Assembly (NCBI GenBank): GCA_002316295.1
Contig: DCDF01000240.1
Location: forward strand, 1 to 62,492
Length of the DNA: 62,492 nt
From: Syntrophaceae bacterium UBA1062
GTDB lineage: Bacteria > Desulfobacterota > Desulfomonilia > UBA1062
Direction: 5' to 3'
A program made the translations under genes and the position numbers. The notes under the pieces were generated by a model. The model saw only the letters and a program-made list of their open reading frames with translations, was not told the origin of the DNA and ran no database searches. Each line of letters begins with the position of its first letter. Position 1 is the stretch's first letter. Shown here in pieces: positions 1 through 9,579 of the stretch.

Positions 1-332
1 ATCCTGTCAAGGGGCATGTCGGGGAAATCCCCGAACCAGCAGATCCCGGCATTGTTCACCAGGATATCGATGTCTCCCGCCCGGGAGACGACCTCGTGGT
101 ATAGGCTTTCAGGGCCTTCCGCGTCGGTCAGATCCACGGTGAAGGTCCAGGTTCTGATGCCATAGCTCTTCGAAATGCGCCCCGCCCACTGCCTGAGATT
201 CGCTTCCTGAGACGGCAGATCCGCCAAGGCGAGGTCGGCGCCCTGTCTGGCAAGGCCTTCGGAAATTCCTCTGCCGATTCCCATGGCAGAGCCTGTGACC
301 AATGCCGTTTTTCCCTTGAAGTCCAGTGACAC
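1..332 (-). CDS. short-chain dehydrogenase/reductase (SDR), C-terminus cut by window edge
   Basis: Not in the ORF track because it runs off the window edge. The reverse frame from GTG at 332 (AGGGGG 6 nt upstream) reads MSLDFKGKTALVTGSAMGIGRGISEGLARQGADLALADL...GDIDILVNNAGI. This carries the SDR TGxxxGxG and NNAG motifs. Listed ORFs 109..354 and 128..358 are off-frame shadows. Confidence 0.75.
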   Translation of the reverse strand, partial: MSLDFKGKTALVTGSAMGIGRGISEGLARQGADLALADLPSQEANLRQWAGRISKSYGIRTWTFTVDLTDAEGPESLYHEVVSRAGDIDILVNNAGICWFGDFPDMPLDR

Positions 333-354
333 CGCCTACCCCCTCTGTTTTCAT

Positions 355-1305
355 TCAAGCCCGCTGCGAACGCACGTGCCGGGCGAAATCGTCAAAAGCC
401 TCTCTTGTCGTATACTTGAAGGTATAGTTCAGCTCCTTTTTTATCTTATCATTCCCCGCCGTCCAGCGGTACTGCATCAGATTCAGGCACGGGCTCGGAA
501 ACTCCGTGATCCATGACGCCCGCAACCTCCAGAACAGCGCATTCATGTGATAGAGAAGCCTGTTCGGTATTTTCAGCGGCACATTGCTAAGGGCGCGTAT
601 CATCTCCTCAAAGGTCATGGTACCGTCCGCCGCCAGGTTGAACACGCCCTGCCTGCCGGTCTTGAGCAGGAGATAGATGATCTCGGACAGATCGTCTTCG
701 TGGATGAACTGCATGGGAGTGGTGTTTCTGCCGATGATCACGACCTTTTTCCTCAGATGCCGGGCGAGCGGGTTGTCAAATCCCGGGCCCACGACAAAGC
801 ACGGCCTGATGACAGTCAGTCGGATCTCCGGGTTGCTCGCACGGAATTTCTCCATGATCCCCTCGATCTCCCGCTTGTTCTTTGCATAGGCGAAGTCCTC
901 GTTTCCCCTGAGCTCAGAGTCTTCGGTCAGAATTTCCGGGTTGTCGGGGTGAAAGCCGTAGGCGGTGGTGGACGAGCAGTCCAGGATATGTCTCACTCCC
1001 GCCTGCGCGCATGCACGAAGGACATTTTTCGTGCCGTTGATATTGACGTCTTCCATCAGCGCCGTGTCGTGGATGGGATCGAGAATGTAGGCGGCATGGA
1101 TCGCACAGTCGATGTCTCTGCCAAAAAGGATGCCGTCCAGGCTGTCCCGGACATCGTGCCTGATGAACACGAGTTTGCCGGACAACGACCTTGGGGGCCG
1201 AATATCTATGCCGATGATACGCTCCACCTCGGCCTTGCCGTCCAGGAGCGAGACGAGCTTGCTGCCGAAGTACCCTGAAACCCCGGTAATGAAAATATTC
1301 TTCAT
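355..1305 (-). CDS. NAD-dependent epimerase/dehydratase family protein (extended SDR, 3-beta-HSD-like)
   Basis: 316 aa. N-terminal Rossmann motif ITGVSGYFGS and YxxxK (YAKNK). 22-nt gap to the downstream SDR. Confidence 0.85.
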   Translation of the reverse strand: MKNIFITGVSGYFGSKLVSLLDGKAEVERIIGIDIRPPRSLSGKLVFIRHDVRDSLDGILFGRDIDCAIHAAYILDPIHDTALMEDVNINGTKNVLRACAQAGVRHILDCSSTTAYGFHPDNPEILTEDSELRGNEDFAYAKNKREIEGIMEKFRASNPEIRLTVIRPCFVVGPGFDNPLARHLRKKVVIIGRNTTPMQFIHEDDLSEIIYLLLKTGRQGVFNLAADGTMTFEEMIRALSNVPLKIPNRLLYHMNALFWRLRASWITEFPSPCLNLMQYRWTAGNDKIKKELNYTFKYTTREAFDDFARHVRSQRA

Positions 1306-1408
1306 CCCCCGTCCTCACGAGCCCTGACCCCAGCAGCGATTCCGTCTCCAGCCGGCTCCTCCCGAACGATCGTCATGGCGAGCCGGCCTCCTGCGCCAAC
1401 TGGGAGCC

Positions 1409-2647
1409 CTATACCTTTTCCAGGATGTGAATGGTCATAGAGGCCTCCTCCACCCCCAAGTTCCCTCCGCCGTTTTCCGTCAGACCGATCCTGGCTCCCT
1501 TCACCTGACGCTTTCCGGCTTCTCCTCTCAGCTGGCAGACCACCTCGTGAATCTGGGCCAGGCCCGATGCTCCAATGGGATGGCCCCTGCATTCGAGCCC
1601 GCCGCTCGTATTGACCGGAATCGCCCCTCCCAGCCTGGTGGCTCCCGACTCGGCGAAAGGCCCACCCTCACCGAGCGGGCAGAACCCCATGGCTTCGTAC
1701 TGATGGAGTTCGCCGTATGCTGTTGCGTCATGAAGCTCCGCCAGATCGATGCCGTCCGGGCCCAGGCCGGCGATCTCGTAGGCTTGCTTCGAGAGACGCT
1801 CGCCGATATCCACTCCGTCGAGATCCCTGTCTGTTCCCGAACCCAGCACAGAGGCCCGTATCCTGACCGGCCTGGCGCCGGAGAGCTTCTTCAGGTAGTT
1901 CTCGGAGCACAAAATGGCTGCGGCCGCACCGTCTCCCACCGGAGCACACATAGGCCTGGTCAGCGGATAGGTCACGGGTTTCGCTGCCAGAACATCTTCG
2001 ACGGTCATATTCTCCTGATACTGCGCCTTGGGGTTCATCGATCCGTGCCAGTGATTCTTGGCGCATATTGCAGCCAGCTGGCGCTGGGTGGTCCCGAAGG
2101 TTTTCATGTGCCATCTGGCTCCCATGGCATAGGCGTCCATGAAGATGCTCCTACCCTCGCCCGGAGGCGTCTCGCCGTCCGGGAGCCTGAAATCGAGCTT
2201 TTTGTTGAGCTCCATGAACATGTTGATGTGCGACTCGAAGTTCTCGACATCCATGCAGGTGGCGTACGCGCTCAGCGAGAGCGCCTTGTTCTCATGGGTG
2301 ATCTTTTCCGAGCCCAGCGCCATCACCACATCATACATCCCGGATCGAACAGCCATGTATCCGAGATGCAGCGCCGTCGATGCACCGGCACAGGCGTTTT
2401 CGCAGTTGACGATGGGAATGCCCTTGAGTCCCACATCCCAGAGCATGACCTCGCCCCGTATAGAGTGCTGGTTGGAGAACATGCCCCAGAAGGTATTCGA
2501 CACATAGGCGGCCTGGATGTCATCCTTCTCCAACCCGGCGTCATCCAGAACTAGCTGCACGGCTTCGTTTGCCATGCCTCTGACTGTCCCTTGAGGGTAC
2601 TTGCCGAATCGGATCATGCCCACACCGATGATGTACACGTTATCCAT
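1409..2647 (-). CDS. thiolase family protein (SCP-x / nonspecific lipid-transfer type acetyl-CoA C-acyltransferase)
   Basis: 412 aa. MDNVYIIGVGMIRFGK start, active-site Cys context NCENACAGAS, C-terminal GGLECRGHPIGASG and ENGGGNLG thiolase motifs. AAGGAG RBS. Confidence 0.9.
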   Translation of the reverse strand: MDNVYIIGVGMIRFGKYPQGTVRGMANEAVQLVLDDAGLEKDDIQAAYVSNTFWGMFSNQHSIRGEVMLWDVGLKGIPIVNCENACAGASTALHLGYMAVRSGMYDVVMALGSEKITHENKALSLSAYATCMDVENFESHINMFMELNKKLDFRLPDGETPPGEGRSIFMDAYAMGARWHMKTFGTTQRQLAAICAKNHWHGSMNPKAQYQENMTVEDVLAAKPVTYPLTRPMCAPVGDGAAAAILCSENYLKKLSGARPVRIRASVLGSGTDRDLDGVDIGERLSKQAYEIAGLGPDGIDLAELHDATAYGELHQYEAMGFCPLGEGGPFAESGATRLGGAIPVNTSGGLECRGHPIGASGLAQIHEVVCQLRGEAGKRQVKGARIGLTENGGGNLGVEEASMTIHILEKV

Positions 2648-2679
2648 AAGAGATGCTCCTTGTTATGTAATGACGTTCG

Positions 2680-3945
2680 CTAGTAGGGTTTTTCGCCGAA
2701 CAGGATGTCGTGGCCGATCGCGAGCGTCAGGCTTTCGTTCGAGCCATCCTCGATCCGCGTGGAGGTGATGTCGCGGAAGAGCTTTTCGATCAGGTATTCC
2801 TTGGAAAGTCCGTTCCCGCCGAATATCTGAACCGCCTGCTGGGCAACGTCGAAGGCCATGTTGGAGCAGAACACCTTGGAGGTCATCGAATAGCCTGTCA
2901 TGGGAGGGAAGTTGTAGAGGTTGAAGCTCATGACGTTCCGGGAGAGCTGCCTTCCGGCCTCGATCTTTATGAACATGTCCGCGAGCTTGCGCTGGACGTC
3001 CTGGTGCTCGCACAGGGCCTTTCCTCCCTGAATACGCTCCCTCGAGTATCGAAGCGTCTCCTCGAATGCCGCGCGCGCCCCGCCCAGGCACATGATCGCC
3101 ATGTGGGCGTTCGCTGCACCGAGAACGAGGTCGGTCATGTTCTCATATGCCTCATGGTCGCAGACAACCCGGTCTTTCGAGACACGGACGTCATCGAAGT
3201 AGATCTCTCCCTGCGGGAGGTCCCGCTGGCCGATCTTGTCCAGCGGCTTGCCGCGCGATACGCCCTTCTCCTCAAGATCCGCGATGGCGATGCCGCCTCC
3301 CGCCAGCCCCATGGATCTGTCCGTGCCGAAAAACAGCAGAGCCATGGTGGCGGTGGTGCCGTTGGAGACCCAGGCGGCCTTCTGACCGTTCAAGATCCAG
3401 TCGTCCCCGTCTCTCTTCCCGACGAGCTGGTGGCTGATCTTGGGGTTGTGGAAGTGGGCCTGGAAGGGGGTGAGAATATCCGATCCATGCTCGGGCTCGG
3501 TGATGGCCCAGCAGCCAAGCATGCTGCAGTCCTTGTCGGCGACGTACGGTCTGAGGATACTGTCTTCGAGCTCGGGGAACTCGGGCAGAATCATGGCGGC
3601 GAAGAAGGTGGGGAATACGTCCACTCCGCACGCCACTGCCAGGCCGATGCTTCCGAATGCCATCTCCTCGAAGAAAATGTGCAGGCCAAGGGCATCCAGC
3701 CCTATACCGCCGTATTCCTCCGGTATGAAGATAGTATGATAGCCCAGCTCGTGCATCTGCCTCATGCACTGCCAGTACGGCGAATCTTTCTTGACGACAT
3801 CGTCCGGGCTCATCTTGTCGAGCTCTATGGATGCCGGCCGTATGACCTCGGCCACGAATTTTCGGACCGATTTCTTGAGATCTTCGTGATCCTCGGTATA
3901 TGCTATCTGATCTCCCTGCTGCAGATCTGTGTAATCGTATGCCAC
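2680..3945 (-). CDS. acyl-CoA dehydrogenase
   Basis: 421 aa, GTG start with GAAAGGAG RBS. ACAD-type motifs (CWAITEPEHGSD, QIFGGNGLSKEY). Confidence 0.9.
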   Translation of the reverse strand: MAYDYTDLQQGDQIAYTEDHEDLKKSVRKFVAEVIRPASIELDKMSPDDVVKKDSPYWQCMRQMHELGYHTIFIPEEYGGIGLDALGLHIFFEEMAFGSIGLAVACGVDVFPTFFAAMILPEFPELEDSILRPYVADKDCSMLGCWAITEPEHGSDILTPFQAHFHNPKISHQLVGKRDGDDWILNGQKAAWVSNGTTATMALLFFGTDRSMGLAGGGIAIADLEEKGVSRGKPLDKIGQRDLPQGEIYFDDVRVSKDRVVCDHEAYENMTDLVLGAANAHMAIMCLGGARAAFEETLRYSRERIQGGKALCEHQDVQRKLADMFIKIEAGRQLSRNVMSFNLYNFPPMTGYSMTSKVFCSNMAFDVAQQAVQIFGGNGLSKEYLIEKLFRDITSTRIEDGSNESLTLAIGHDILFGEKPY

Positions 3946-4095
3946 TGGCGTTCTCCTTTCATTACATGATCATTTCTTACCGAGGCGTTTCCTGTGAGCA
4001 TGCGCGGGTGAACATGTATTGCCCCGATACGATTTCCTGTAGTGAAAATGCCCATCTTTCCGCACTTCACACCCCGGCGCGCCGGGCGACCGTCT

Positions 4096-5703
4096 TCAGC
4101 GGTAATCTCCCGAGCCGAAGACATTTTTCGCATCCTTGGCGAACTCGCCTCTGAGAATGCGGTCCAGGTTCTTTTCAGAGGCGCTCTTGGGGATCTCGTC
4201 CACCACCTGGAGGTAGGAGGGAACGGAGTTGTTGTCGAGGCTTGCGGAAAGACGCCTGAATATGCTCCCAGGATCGATGGTCTTTCCCACCGCAGGGACG
4301 ACGGCGGCCACGATGTCGCTCTCCCCCGGAGCCCCGGATTCAGCCGGGATGCCGTACACGCAGACGTCCGACACCTCGTCCATATCGGCCAGCACTTTTT
4401 CTATGTACTCCGGCTGGATGAAATCACCCTGCCTCCTCAAGCCTCCGCCTTTGCGGAAATTGAAATAGAACCAGCCGTTCTCGTCCCGGTGGCACATATC
4501 TCCCGAACGCAGGACGCCTCCCCGAGTCTTCTCCCTCGAAGCCTTCTTCTTTCCGACGTACTCGACCTCGGCCTTCCCCTCTTTGGGTATGAACACGAGC
4601 TCGCCGATCTCGTGCGGGGCGCACTCGGTATCGTCCTCGCGCACCACCTTCATCTCCATGACCCCCTCCAGAGTCTTGCCGAAGGACCCCACCGGGCCCG
4701 CGCCCGGAGGATTGTGGGCGAAGCCGCCTTCCACTGCCGCGTACCATTCGTGGATCTTGACATCGAAGCGCTTTTCGAAGTCCTCCCAGATCGCGATCGG
4801 GGTGCCCGCGCTGATGACCTTTTTCACCGGATTGTCCGCATCGTTCGGCCTTCTGGGCTCGCTGTATATCCCCATCATCATGCCGCCGAGCAGGGAGAAC
4901 GTCGTGCAGCCGTGTTTTCTGCAGATGTCCCAGAGCCTGCTCTTGGTGAACTTGCGGCTGATGACGGACGGGACGCCGAGCATGAGCGAGGGAACGAGTG
5001 TGACGGCCTGGGCGTTGCCGTGGGTGAGGGACAGACCGGTATAGAGCTTGTCGGCATCCGTGTAGCCCCAGACAAACTGGGCGAGCAGCTTGAACATGGG
5101 CATCCGGTTCCCCTTGATGAGGACTCCCTTGGGGTCGCCCGTGGTCCCGGATGTATAGATGATTTCGAGCGGCGCCTTGACGTCGTCGTTGCGTCCGTCC
5201 ACCGGAGGCACTTCAGGTCCGCTCAGGATCTCGTTGAAATCCCGATATTTCTCACGCGGGGGCGCGGCAAACCCATCCTTGTGAACAACTCCGAGCACCT
5301 TCACACCGTTGAGGGCTGCAAGCGATTTTTCCACCTCTTCCGTAAATTCGCTGGTGAAAATGACTCCCTTGGACGAGGAGTCCTTTATCTGATAGCTCAG
5401 CTTGCCTCCCTTGGACCTGGGATCGATGGGCACGACCACAGCCCCCAGCATGGAGGCGGCTCCCATGCAGTAGAGGAATTCAGGATGGTTTCTCATGACG
5501 AGGCTGAACGTGTCGCCTCTGCCGATGCCCGAATCTTTCAAACGCCTCGCGACCTTGCAGGTGTTCACGAAAAGGTCTCGGTACGTCAGCGGCTCGTCCC
5601 CATACTCGCCGTTTTCAAAGGTGACGATGGTGGTGTCGGGCGTTTTTTCACATTTTACCATCAGTTCGTCAAAGAACATGCCCTCTATGATCTTTTGCGA
5701 CAT
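4096..5703 (-). CDS. AMP-dependent acyl-CoA synthetase/ligase
   Basis: 535 aa. AMP-binding signature IIYTSGTTGDPKGV and a C-terminal ligase domain. Confidence 0.9.
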   Translation of the reverse strand: MSQKIIEGMFFDELMVKCEKTPDTTIVTFENGEYGDEPLTYRDLFVNTCKVARRLKDSGIGRGDTFSLVMRNHPEFLYCMGAASMLGAVVVPIDPRSKGGKLSYQIKDSSSKGVIFTSEFTEEVEKSLAALNGVKVLGVVHKDGFAAPPREKYRDFNEILSGPEVPPVDGRNDDVKAPLEIIYTSGTTGDPKGVLIKGNRMPMFKLLAQFVWGYTDADKLYTGLSLTHGNAQAVTLVPSLMLGVPSVISRKFTKSRLWDICRKHGCTTFSLLGGMMMGIYSEPRRPNDADNPVKKVISAGTPIAIWEDFEKRFDVKIHEWYAAVEGGFAHNPPGAGPVGSFGKTLEGVMEMKVVREDDTECAPHEIGELVFIPKEGKAEVEYVGKKKASREKTRGGVLRSGDMCHRDENGWFYFNFRKGGGLRRQGDFIQPEYIEKVLADMDEVSDVCVYGIPAESGAPGESDIVAAVVPAVGKTIDPGSIFRRLSASLDNNSVPSYLQVVDEIPKSASEKNLDRILRGEFAKDAKNVFGSGDYR

Positions 5704-5756
5704 ACAACCCCCTCAAAGAGATGTTGATCATTCACGAAAAAACGCGGTGTGCGGGG

Positions 5757-6140
5757 CTACAGCCCGTGCTTCGCCATGTACTGCGGGTAGAACTCGTAGG
5801 CGGGCTTCACCACGGGCAGGAGCTTCATGACCTTGGCGATATTGCCCTTGGAAACGATCTTCCTCTTGGCCAGTGCGACCGGCAGGCTGATATCCTTTTT
5901 CCAGTAGGCGTGGCAGGTGTCTGCCGAGAGCCTCATGGTGACATCGGCTTTTGCGCTCTTCTCCCCGAACTCGATCCCGTCGGGGCTCACCCAGATCACG
6001 GCCGCGGGGTCCGAGATCTCGAATTTGATGGTGAGATCCGCTTTTTTCAGCGCGCCGCTGAATGCATCGTTGTCATACAGGAACTTCCAGAACCCTCCCA
6101 ACGTCTCATACAGATGGTCCGTATCCTTGAATACTGCCAT
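5757..6140 (-). CDS. SCP2 sterol/lipid-carrier domain protein
   Basis: 127 aa. Its size and pattern (TIKFEISDP...VIWVSPDG...KADVTMRLSADT...GNIAKVMKL) are typical of stand-alone SCP2 domains. It is the first gene behind the sigma-54 promoter. Confidence 0.7.
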   Translation of the reverse strand: MAVFKDTDHLYETLGGFWKFLYDNDAFSGALKKADLTIKFEISDPAAVIWVSPDGIEFGEKSAKADVTMRLSADTCHAYWKKDISLPVALAKRKIVSKGNIAKVMKLLPVVKPAYEFYPQYMAKHGL

Positions 6141-6221
6141 GGGCCTCCTCCTTTGATCGAATGCAGTTCATATCCCATCATGATGCCGCCATCTGATGAT
6201 GGCGCGGTTACATCGCCATCC

Positions 6222-6237
6222 AGCAATGTGCATGCCA
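6222..6237 (-). promoter_or_regulatory. sigma-54 (RpoN) -24/-12 promoter
   Basis: The reverse strand reads TGGCATGCACATTGCT, matching TGGCAY-N5-TTGCW with correct GG/GC spacing. It lies about 80 nt upstream of the SCP2 start codon, and a sigma-54 EBP gene is adjacent. Confidence 0.7.
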
Positions 6238-6335
6238 TAACGGATTGAACGATTTGAAATGCATTTATAATTATTCACTTACATGAAAAGAGATGCGTAC
6301 TGCGACGAACCGGCTGCTGCAACGGTCCGATAAAT

Positions 6336-6350
6336 TTTTGCAGGAATGCA
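6336..6350. promoter_or_regulatory. candidate enhancer (UAS) site 1, TTTTGCAGGAATGCA
   Basis: 14/15 identical to the copy at 6416. Contains the dyad TGCA-N4-TGCA. About 100 nt upstream of the sigma-54 promoter. Confidence 0.4.
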
Positions 6351-6415
6351 AAACAAAAGGTCACGGAATATGCTTCCCGGCCTTGAACAGCCAGGCTTTC
6401 GCGCTTTGTCCACTG

Positions 6416-6430
6416 TTTTGCAGGAGTGCA
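6416..6430. promoter_or_regulatory. candidate enhancer (UAS) site 2, TTTTGCAGGAGTGCA
   Basis: Second copy, 80 bp from the first and about 180 nt upstream of the sigma-54 promoter, just after the regulator stop codon. Confidence 0.4.
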
Positions 6431-6436
6431 TAACCA

Positions 6437-7798
6437 TCAGTTAAATTTGTTTTTTTTGCGGTACAGGGTGGACAGATCGAGGCCCGAGATCCGGGAGGCC
6501 TTTTTCATATCGTGTCCGGAATATTCCATGAGGCTCCTCAGATAGCCTTTCTCAAAAAGGGCGCGCGCCTTCTCATAGCCCATGACCATATCGCCGGCAG
6601 GGGCTTCGGGTGCGGCATCCCGGTAATCCAGGGGCATGTCCCTGACATCGATTACCCGTCCCCTGGTCATCACGATAAGCCGCTCCACGAGGTTGCGCAT
6701 CTCCCGTACATTGCCCTCCCAGGGCAGGCTCCTCAGGTACGACAGGGCCTTGGGGGTAAACTCCTTGGCATGCAGGGCGTTTTTTTCGCATATCTCTTTC
6801 ATGAAGTGATCGAGGAGCAGGGGGATGTCTTCCTTGCGTTGCCGCAAGGGAGGCATGTCCACCTTGATCACGTTGATTCGGTAAAAGAGGTCCTTTCTGA
6901 ATCCGCCCTGCCTGACCGTACAAGCCAGGTCTCGGTTTGTGCTCGAGATAAGGCGGAAGTCGACCTTGATGGCCTTCGTGCCGCCCACCCGCATGATTTC
7001 GCTCTCCTGAAGCACTCGCAGGAGCTTCACCTGAAACGCGGGCGCCGTTTCTGTGATCTCGTCCAGGAATATCGTGCCCCCGCAGGCCGCCTCGAAGTAT
7101 CCCGGAGTCGTCCTGTCCGCACCGGTGAAGGCACCTTTCTCGTAGCCGAAGAGGGCCGGCTCCAGCAACGTATCGCTCAGCGCCCCGCAGTTCACGGCGA
7201 AAAAGGGGGCTTCACGTCGGCTGCTGTTCACATGGATATAGCGGGCGATGACCTCTTTGCCCGTCCCGGATTCACCTTGTATGAGGACCGGGCTGTCCAG
7301 CATCGAGGCCCGCGTGGCGAGATCCACTACGTCTCTCATGGCCTTGCTGGCATACACCATGTTCACCTGCCCCGAACTCTCGCGGACCTGGTTCTTCAGC
7401 CGGTAGTTCTCCCGGATGAGCCACTTGCGGTCCAGTGCATTTCTGATGTCGAGCTTGATCTTGTCGATACTGCCGAAGGGTTTGGTGAAAAAGTCGTTTG
7501 CGCCGAGCTTCATGGCATCGATCACGGAATCCATATCTCCGTAGGCGGATACCATGATGACCATGGTATCGCTGTCCGAAGACCGGATCTGCCTGAGCAC
7601 GTCCATCCCGTCCATTTTGGGCATTCGGATATCCATGATGATGAGATCGAAGTACTGAGTCGCCCATGCATCGAGGGCCTCCCGGCCGTTCTCCGCGAAG
7701 CTGACCCGGTAGTTTTCGTCCATGAGAATGTTGCGGAAGAATGTGCGGGTGTATTCCTCATCGTCGACGATGAGTATTCTGGGTTCCTGAGCATCCAT
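6437..7798 (-). CDS. sigma-54-dependent response regulator (NtrC/AtoC family enhancer-binding protein)
   Basis: 453 aa. REC domain (ILIVDDEE), AAA+ Walker A GESGTGKE, GAFTGA loop (EKGAFTGA), C-terminal HTH. Confidence 0.95.
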   Translation of the reverse strand: MDAQEPRILIVDDEEYTRTFFRNILMDENYRVSFAENGREALDAWATQYFDLIIMDIRMPKMDGMDVLRQIRSSDSDTMVIMVSAYGDMDSVIDAMKLGANDFFTKPFGSIDKIKLDIRNALDRKWLIRENYRLKNQVRESSGQVNMVYASKAMRDVVDLATRASMLDSPVLIQGESGTGKEVIARYIHVNSSRREAPFFAVNCGALSDTLLEPALFGYEKGAFTGADRTTPGYFEAACGGTIFLDEITETAPAFQVKLLRVLQESEIMRVGGTKAIKVDFRLISSTNRDLACTVRQGGFRKDLFYRINVIKVDMPPLRQRKEDIPLLLDHFMKEICEKNALHAKEFTPKALSYLRSLPWEGNVREMRNLVERLIVMTRGRVIDVRDMPLDYRDAAPEAPAGDMVMGYEKARALFEKGYLRSLMEYSGHDMKKASRISGLDLSTLYRKKNKFN

Positions 7799-7809
7799 AA
7801 CCGCCCCTT

Positions 7810-9579
7810 TCAGCTCACCTTGGCGGGCAGGGAGATGATGAATGTGGTCCCCTTCCCCGGCTCGCTCTCGACCTCGATCCTGCCCTTGTGGTCCTGGATG
7901 ATCCAGAAAACGAGGCTGAGCCCGATGCCGGTCCCCTTTCCGGCGCTTTTTGTAGTGAAGAAGGGCTCAAATATCCTGGATATGTCCTCCGGGGGTATCC
8001 CGTGACCGTTATCGGATATGGTTACCTCGACCTGCCTGCCCATCCCGTACACCCCTGAACAGCAGACCCGGATATCTCCCTGGCCTTCCACAGCCTGCGC
8101 GCTGTTGAAGAGGATGTTCATGAACGCCTGCTGAAGGAGAACCGGGTCCCCCCGGATCAGGGGGCTTGCATGAAAATCGCGCGAGAGCCGGATCTTCTGA
8201 AAGAGGGAATGCTTGCTCACCAGCTGGATGCTGGCATCGAGGACGTCGTGGACATCCACCTCGACCAGGGTGTTCTTGTCCGGCTTTCTCGAGAAGGCGA
8301 GCAACCGAGAGATAATTTCCTGGCAGGTGTCGCCCGCATCCCGTATCATCTTGATGAGGGCATAGTTCCGGTCGTCCCGGGTCATCCTTCTCAGGAGCAC
8401 GTCAGCGATGTTCACCACTCCTACCAGAGGATTGTTCAGCTGATGGGCAAGAGCGCTCACGAGCTCTCCGATAAAGTTCATCTTCTGCGACTGGATGAGG
8501 TTTTTCCTCAGCCTCTCCCGTTCCTCGATGTCGACGCCCAGAAGCAGCGTTGCGGTTTCTTTCCCTGATTCAGAGTCCTTGATCTTCGTTGCATAAAGCT
8601 CGATCTGAAAGGTCGTCTTGTCGTAGCGGTAGATGTTCGTGGTGCCGAACCAGAGCGTTGGAGAGGCGGCGGCGTCATGAAGCTTGGGCAGATCTTCAGG
8701 GGGGAAGAATCGGTCCACCGGGGTATTGAACACCTGAGAGGGCGAAAAGCCCAGAAGGCGCTCCGCGGTTTTGTTGAAGCTCACCACACGCCTGCGGTTG
8801 TCGATGGAGATCACCATGTTGGGAGATGCGTCCAGCACCTGGGCAAGGAACGTCTGCGACTGTCTGAGCTTCTGTCCGGTCTTTTCGGCCTTGCGCTTCT
8901 CCCGGTAGAGCGCATCTTCGATCTCCACGAAAAGAACGGTCCAGTCGATCTCTTCGAGCCGGTATCCGAGGAACTTGATGATCATGTCCTTGCGGTAGAA
9001 CTGGGGATAGTAGTGATCGACGAAGACGGAAAAGCGCTTTTGCCTGCCCTCGAACAGAACGCTGTACATCTCCTGGACCCCCGGATGCTCGAACGCCCGT
9101 GGATACACATCCCGGATGGATCGGTTGAGGATCTCATCACGTTTTTTCCGGGAGTTCTCTTCCTGCTTGCGGTTGATGTACGCGATCCTGCCGGATTCAT
9201 CGATAAACATGATGCCGATGGGAGCCTCTTCGATCACGCTCAGAAGATGCTTGTTGTTCTCTCTGAGCATCCGCAGCTCCTCAGGTTCCTCGCATGACTT
9301 CCCTTCGGCAGGGGACGGGATGAAGAAAAAACTGACGAGCCTGCCCGCCGGCAGGACATGGATATCGTTCAGGAGGCCGCCCAGGGACACTCTCTCAAGA
9401 ACCGTCTCCCGATGTCCGTTTTCGAGGGATATTCTCCCCTCAAGTGCAGGGAAGTGGTCGAACAGGTGATCGTTCTCGCTGATGCAGCCGCGGGCGGAAA
9501 GCGCGGACGCTCTTTCGTTGGAAGATACGACCCTCCAGTCAGTCCCCGTAATGACGAGCCCCTTCATCATTTTCGCCAT
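7810..9579 (-). CDS. PAS-domain sensor histidine kinase (cytoplasmic)
   Basis: 589 aa. PAS repeats, H-box ALAHQLNNPL, HATPase N/G boxes (ILFNSAQA, DNGHGI, GKGTGIGLS). No obvious TM helices. Confidence 0.9.
   Translation of the reverse strand: MAKMMKGLVITGTDWRVVSSNERASALSARGCISENDHLFDHFPALEGRISLENGHRETVLERVSLGGLLNDIHVLPAGRLVSFFFIPSPAEGKSCEEPEELRMLRENNKHLLSVIEEAPIGIMFIDESGRIAYINRKQEENSRKKRDEILNRSIRDVYPRAFEHPGVQEMYSVLFEGRQKRFSVFVDHYYPQFYRKDMIIKFLGYRLEEIDWTVLFVEIEDALYREKRKAEKTGQKLRQSQTFLAQVLDASPNMVISIDNRRRVVSFNKTAERLLGFSPSQVFNTPVDRFFPPEDLPKLHDAAASPTLWFGTTNIYRYDKTTFQIELYATKIKDSESGKETATLLLGVDIEERERLRKNLIQSQKMNFIGELVSALAHQLNNPLVGVVNIADVLLRRMTRDDRNYALIKMIRDAGDTCQEIISRLLAFSRKPDKNTLVEVDVHDVLDASIQLVSKHSLFQKIRLSRDFHASPLIRGDPVLLQQAFMNILFNSAQAVEGQGDIRVCCSGVYGMGRQVEVTISDNGHGIPPEDISRIFEPFFTTKSAGKGTGIGLSLVFWIIQDHKGRIEVESEPGKGTTFIISLPAKVS

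Noticed and set aside
109-358. ORFs 109..354(-) and 128..358(-) from the ORF track.
   Set aside because: Both are off-frame relative to a clean SDR reading frame (TGSAMGIG...NNAG) that starts at GTG 332 and leaves the window.
4042-5727. Very long antisense ORFs opposite recognised genes, e.g. 4042..5727(+), 2710..3969(+), 6512..8005(+), 12721..13797(-), 24284..25594(+), 43751..44944(+), 53005..53925(+), 59763..60881(+).
   Set aside because: These are typical shadow ORFs of GC-rich DNA. Their translations are Arg/Gly/Pro/His-rich with no recognisable motifs, whereas the opposite strand carries unmistakable family signatures.
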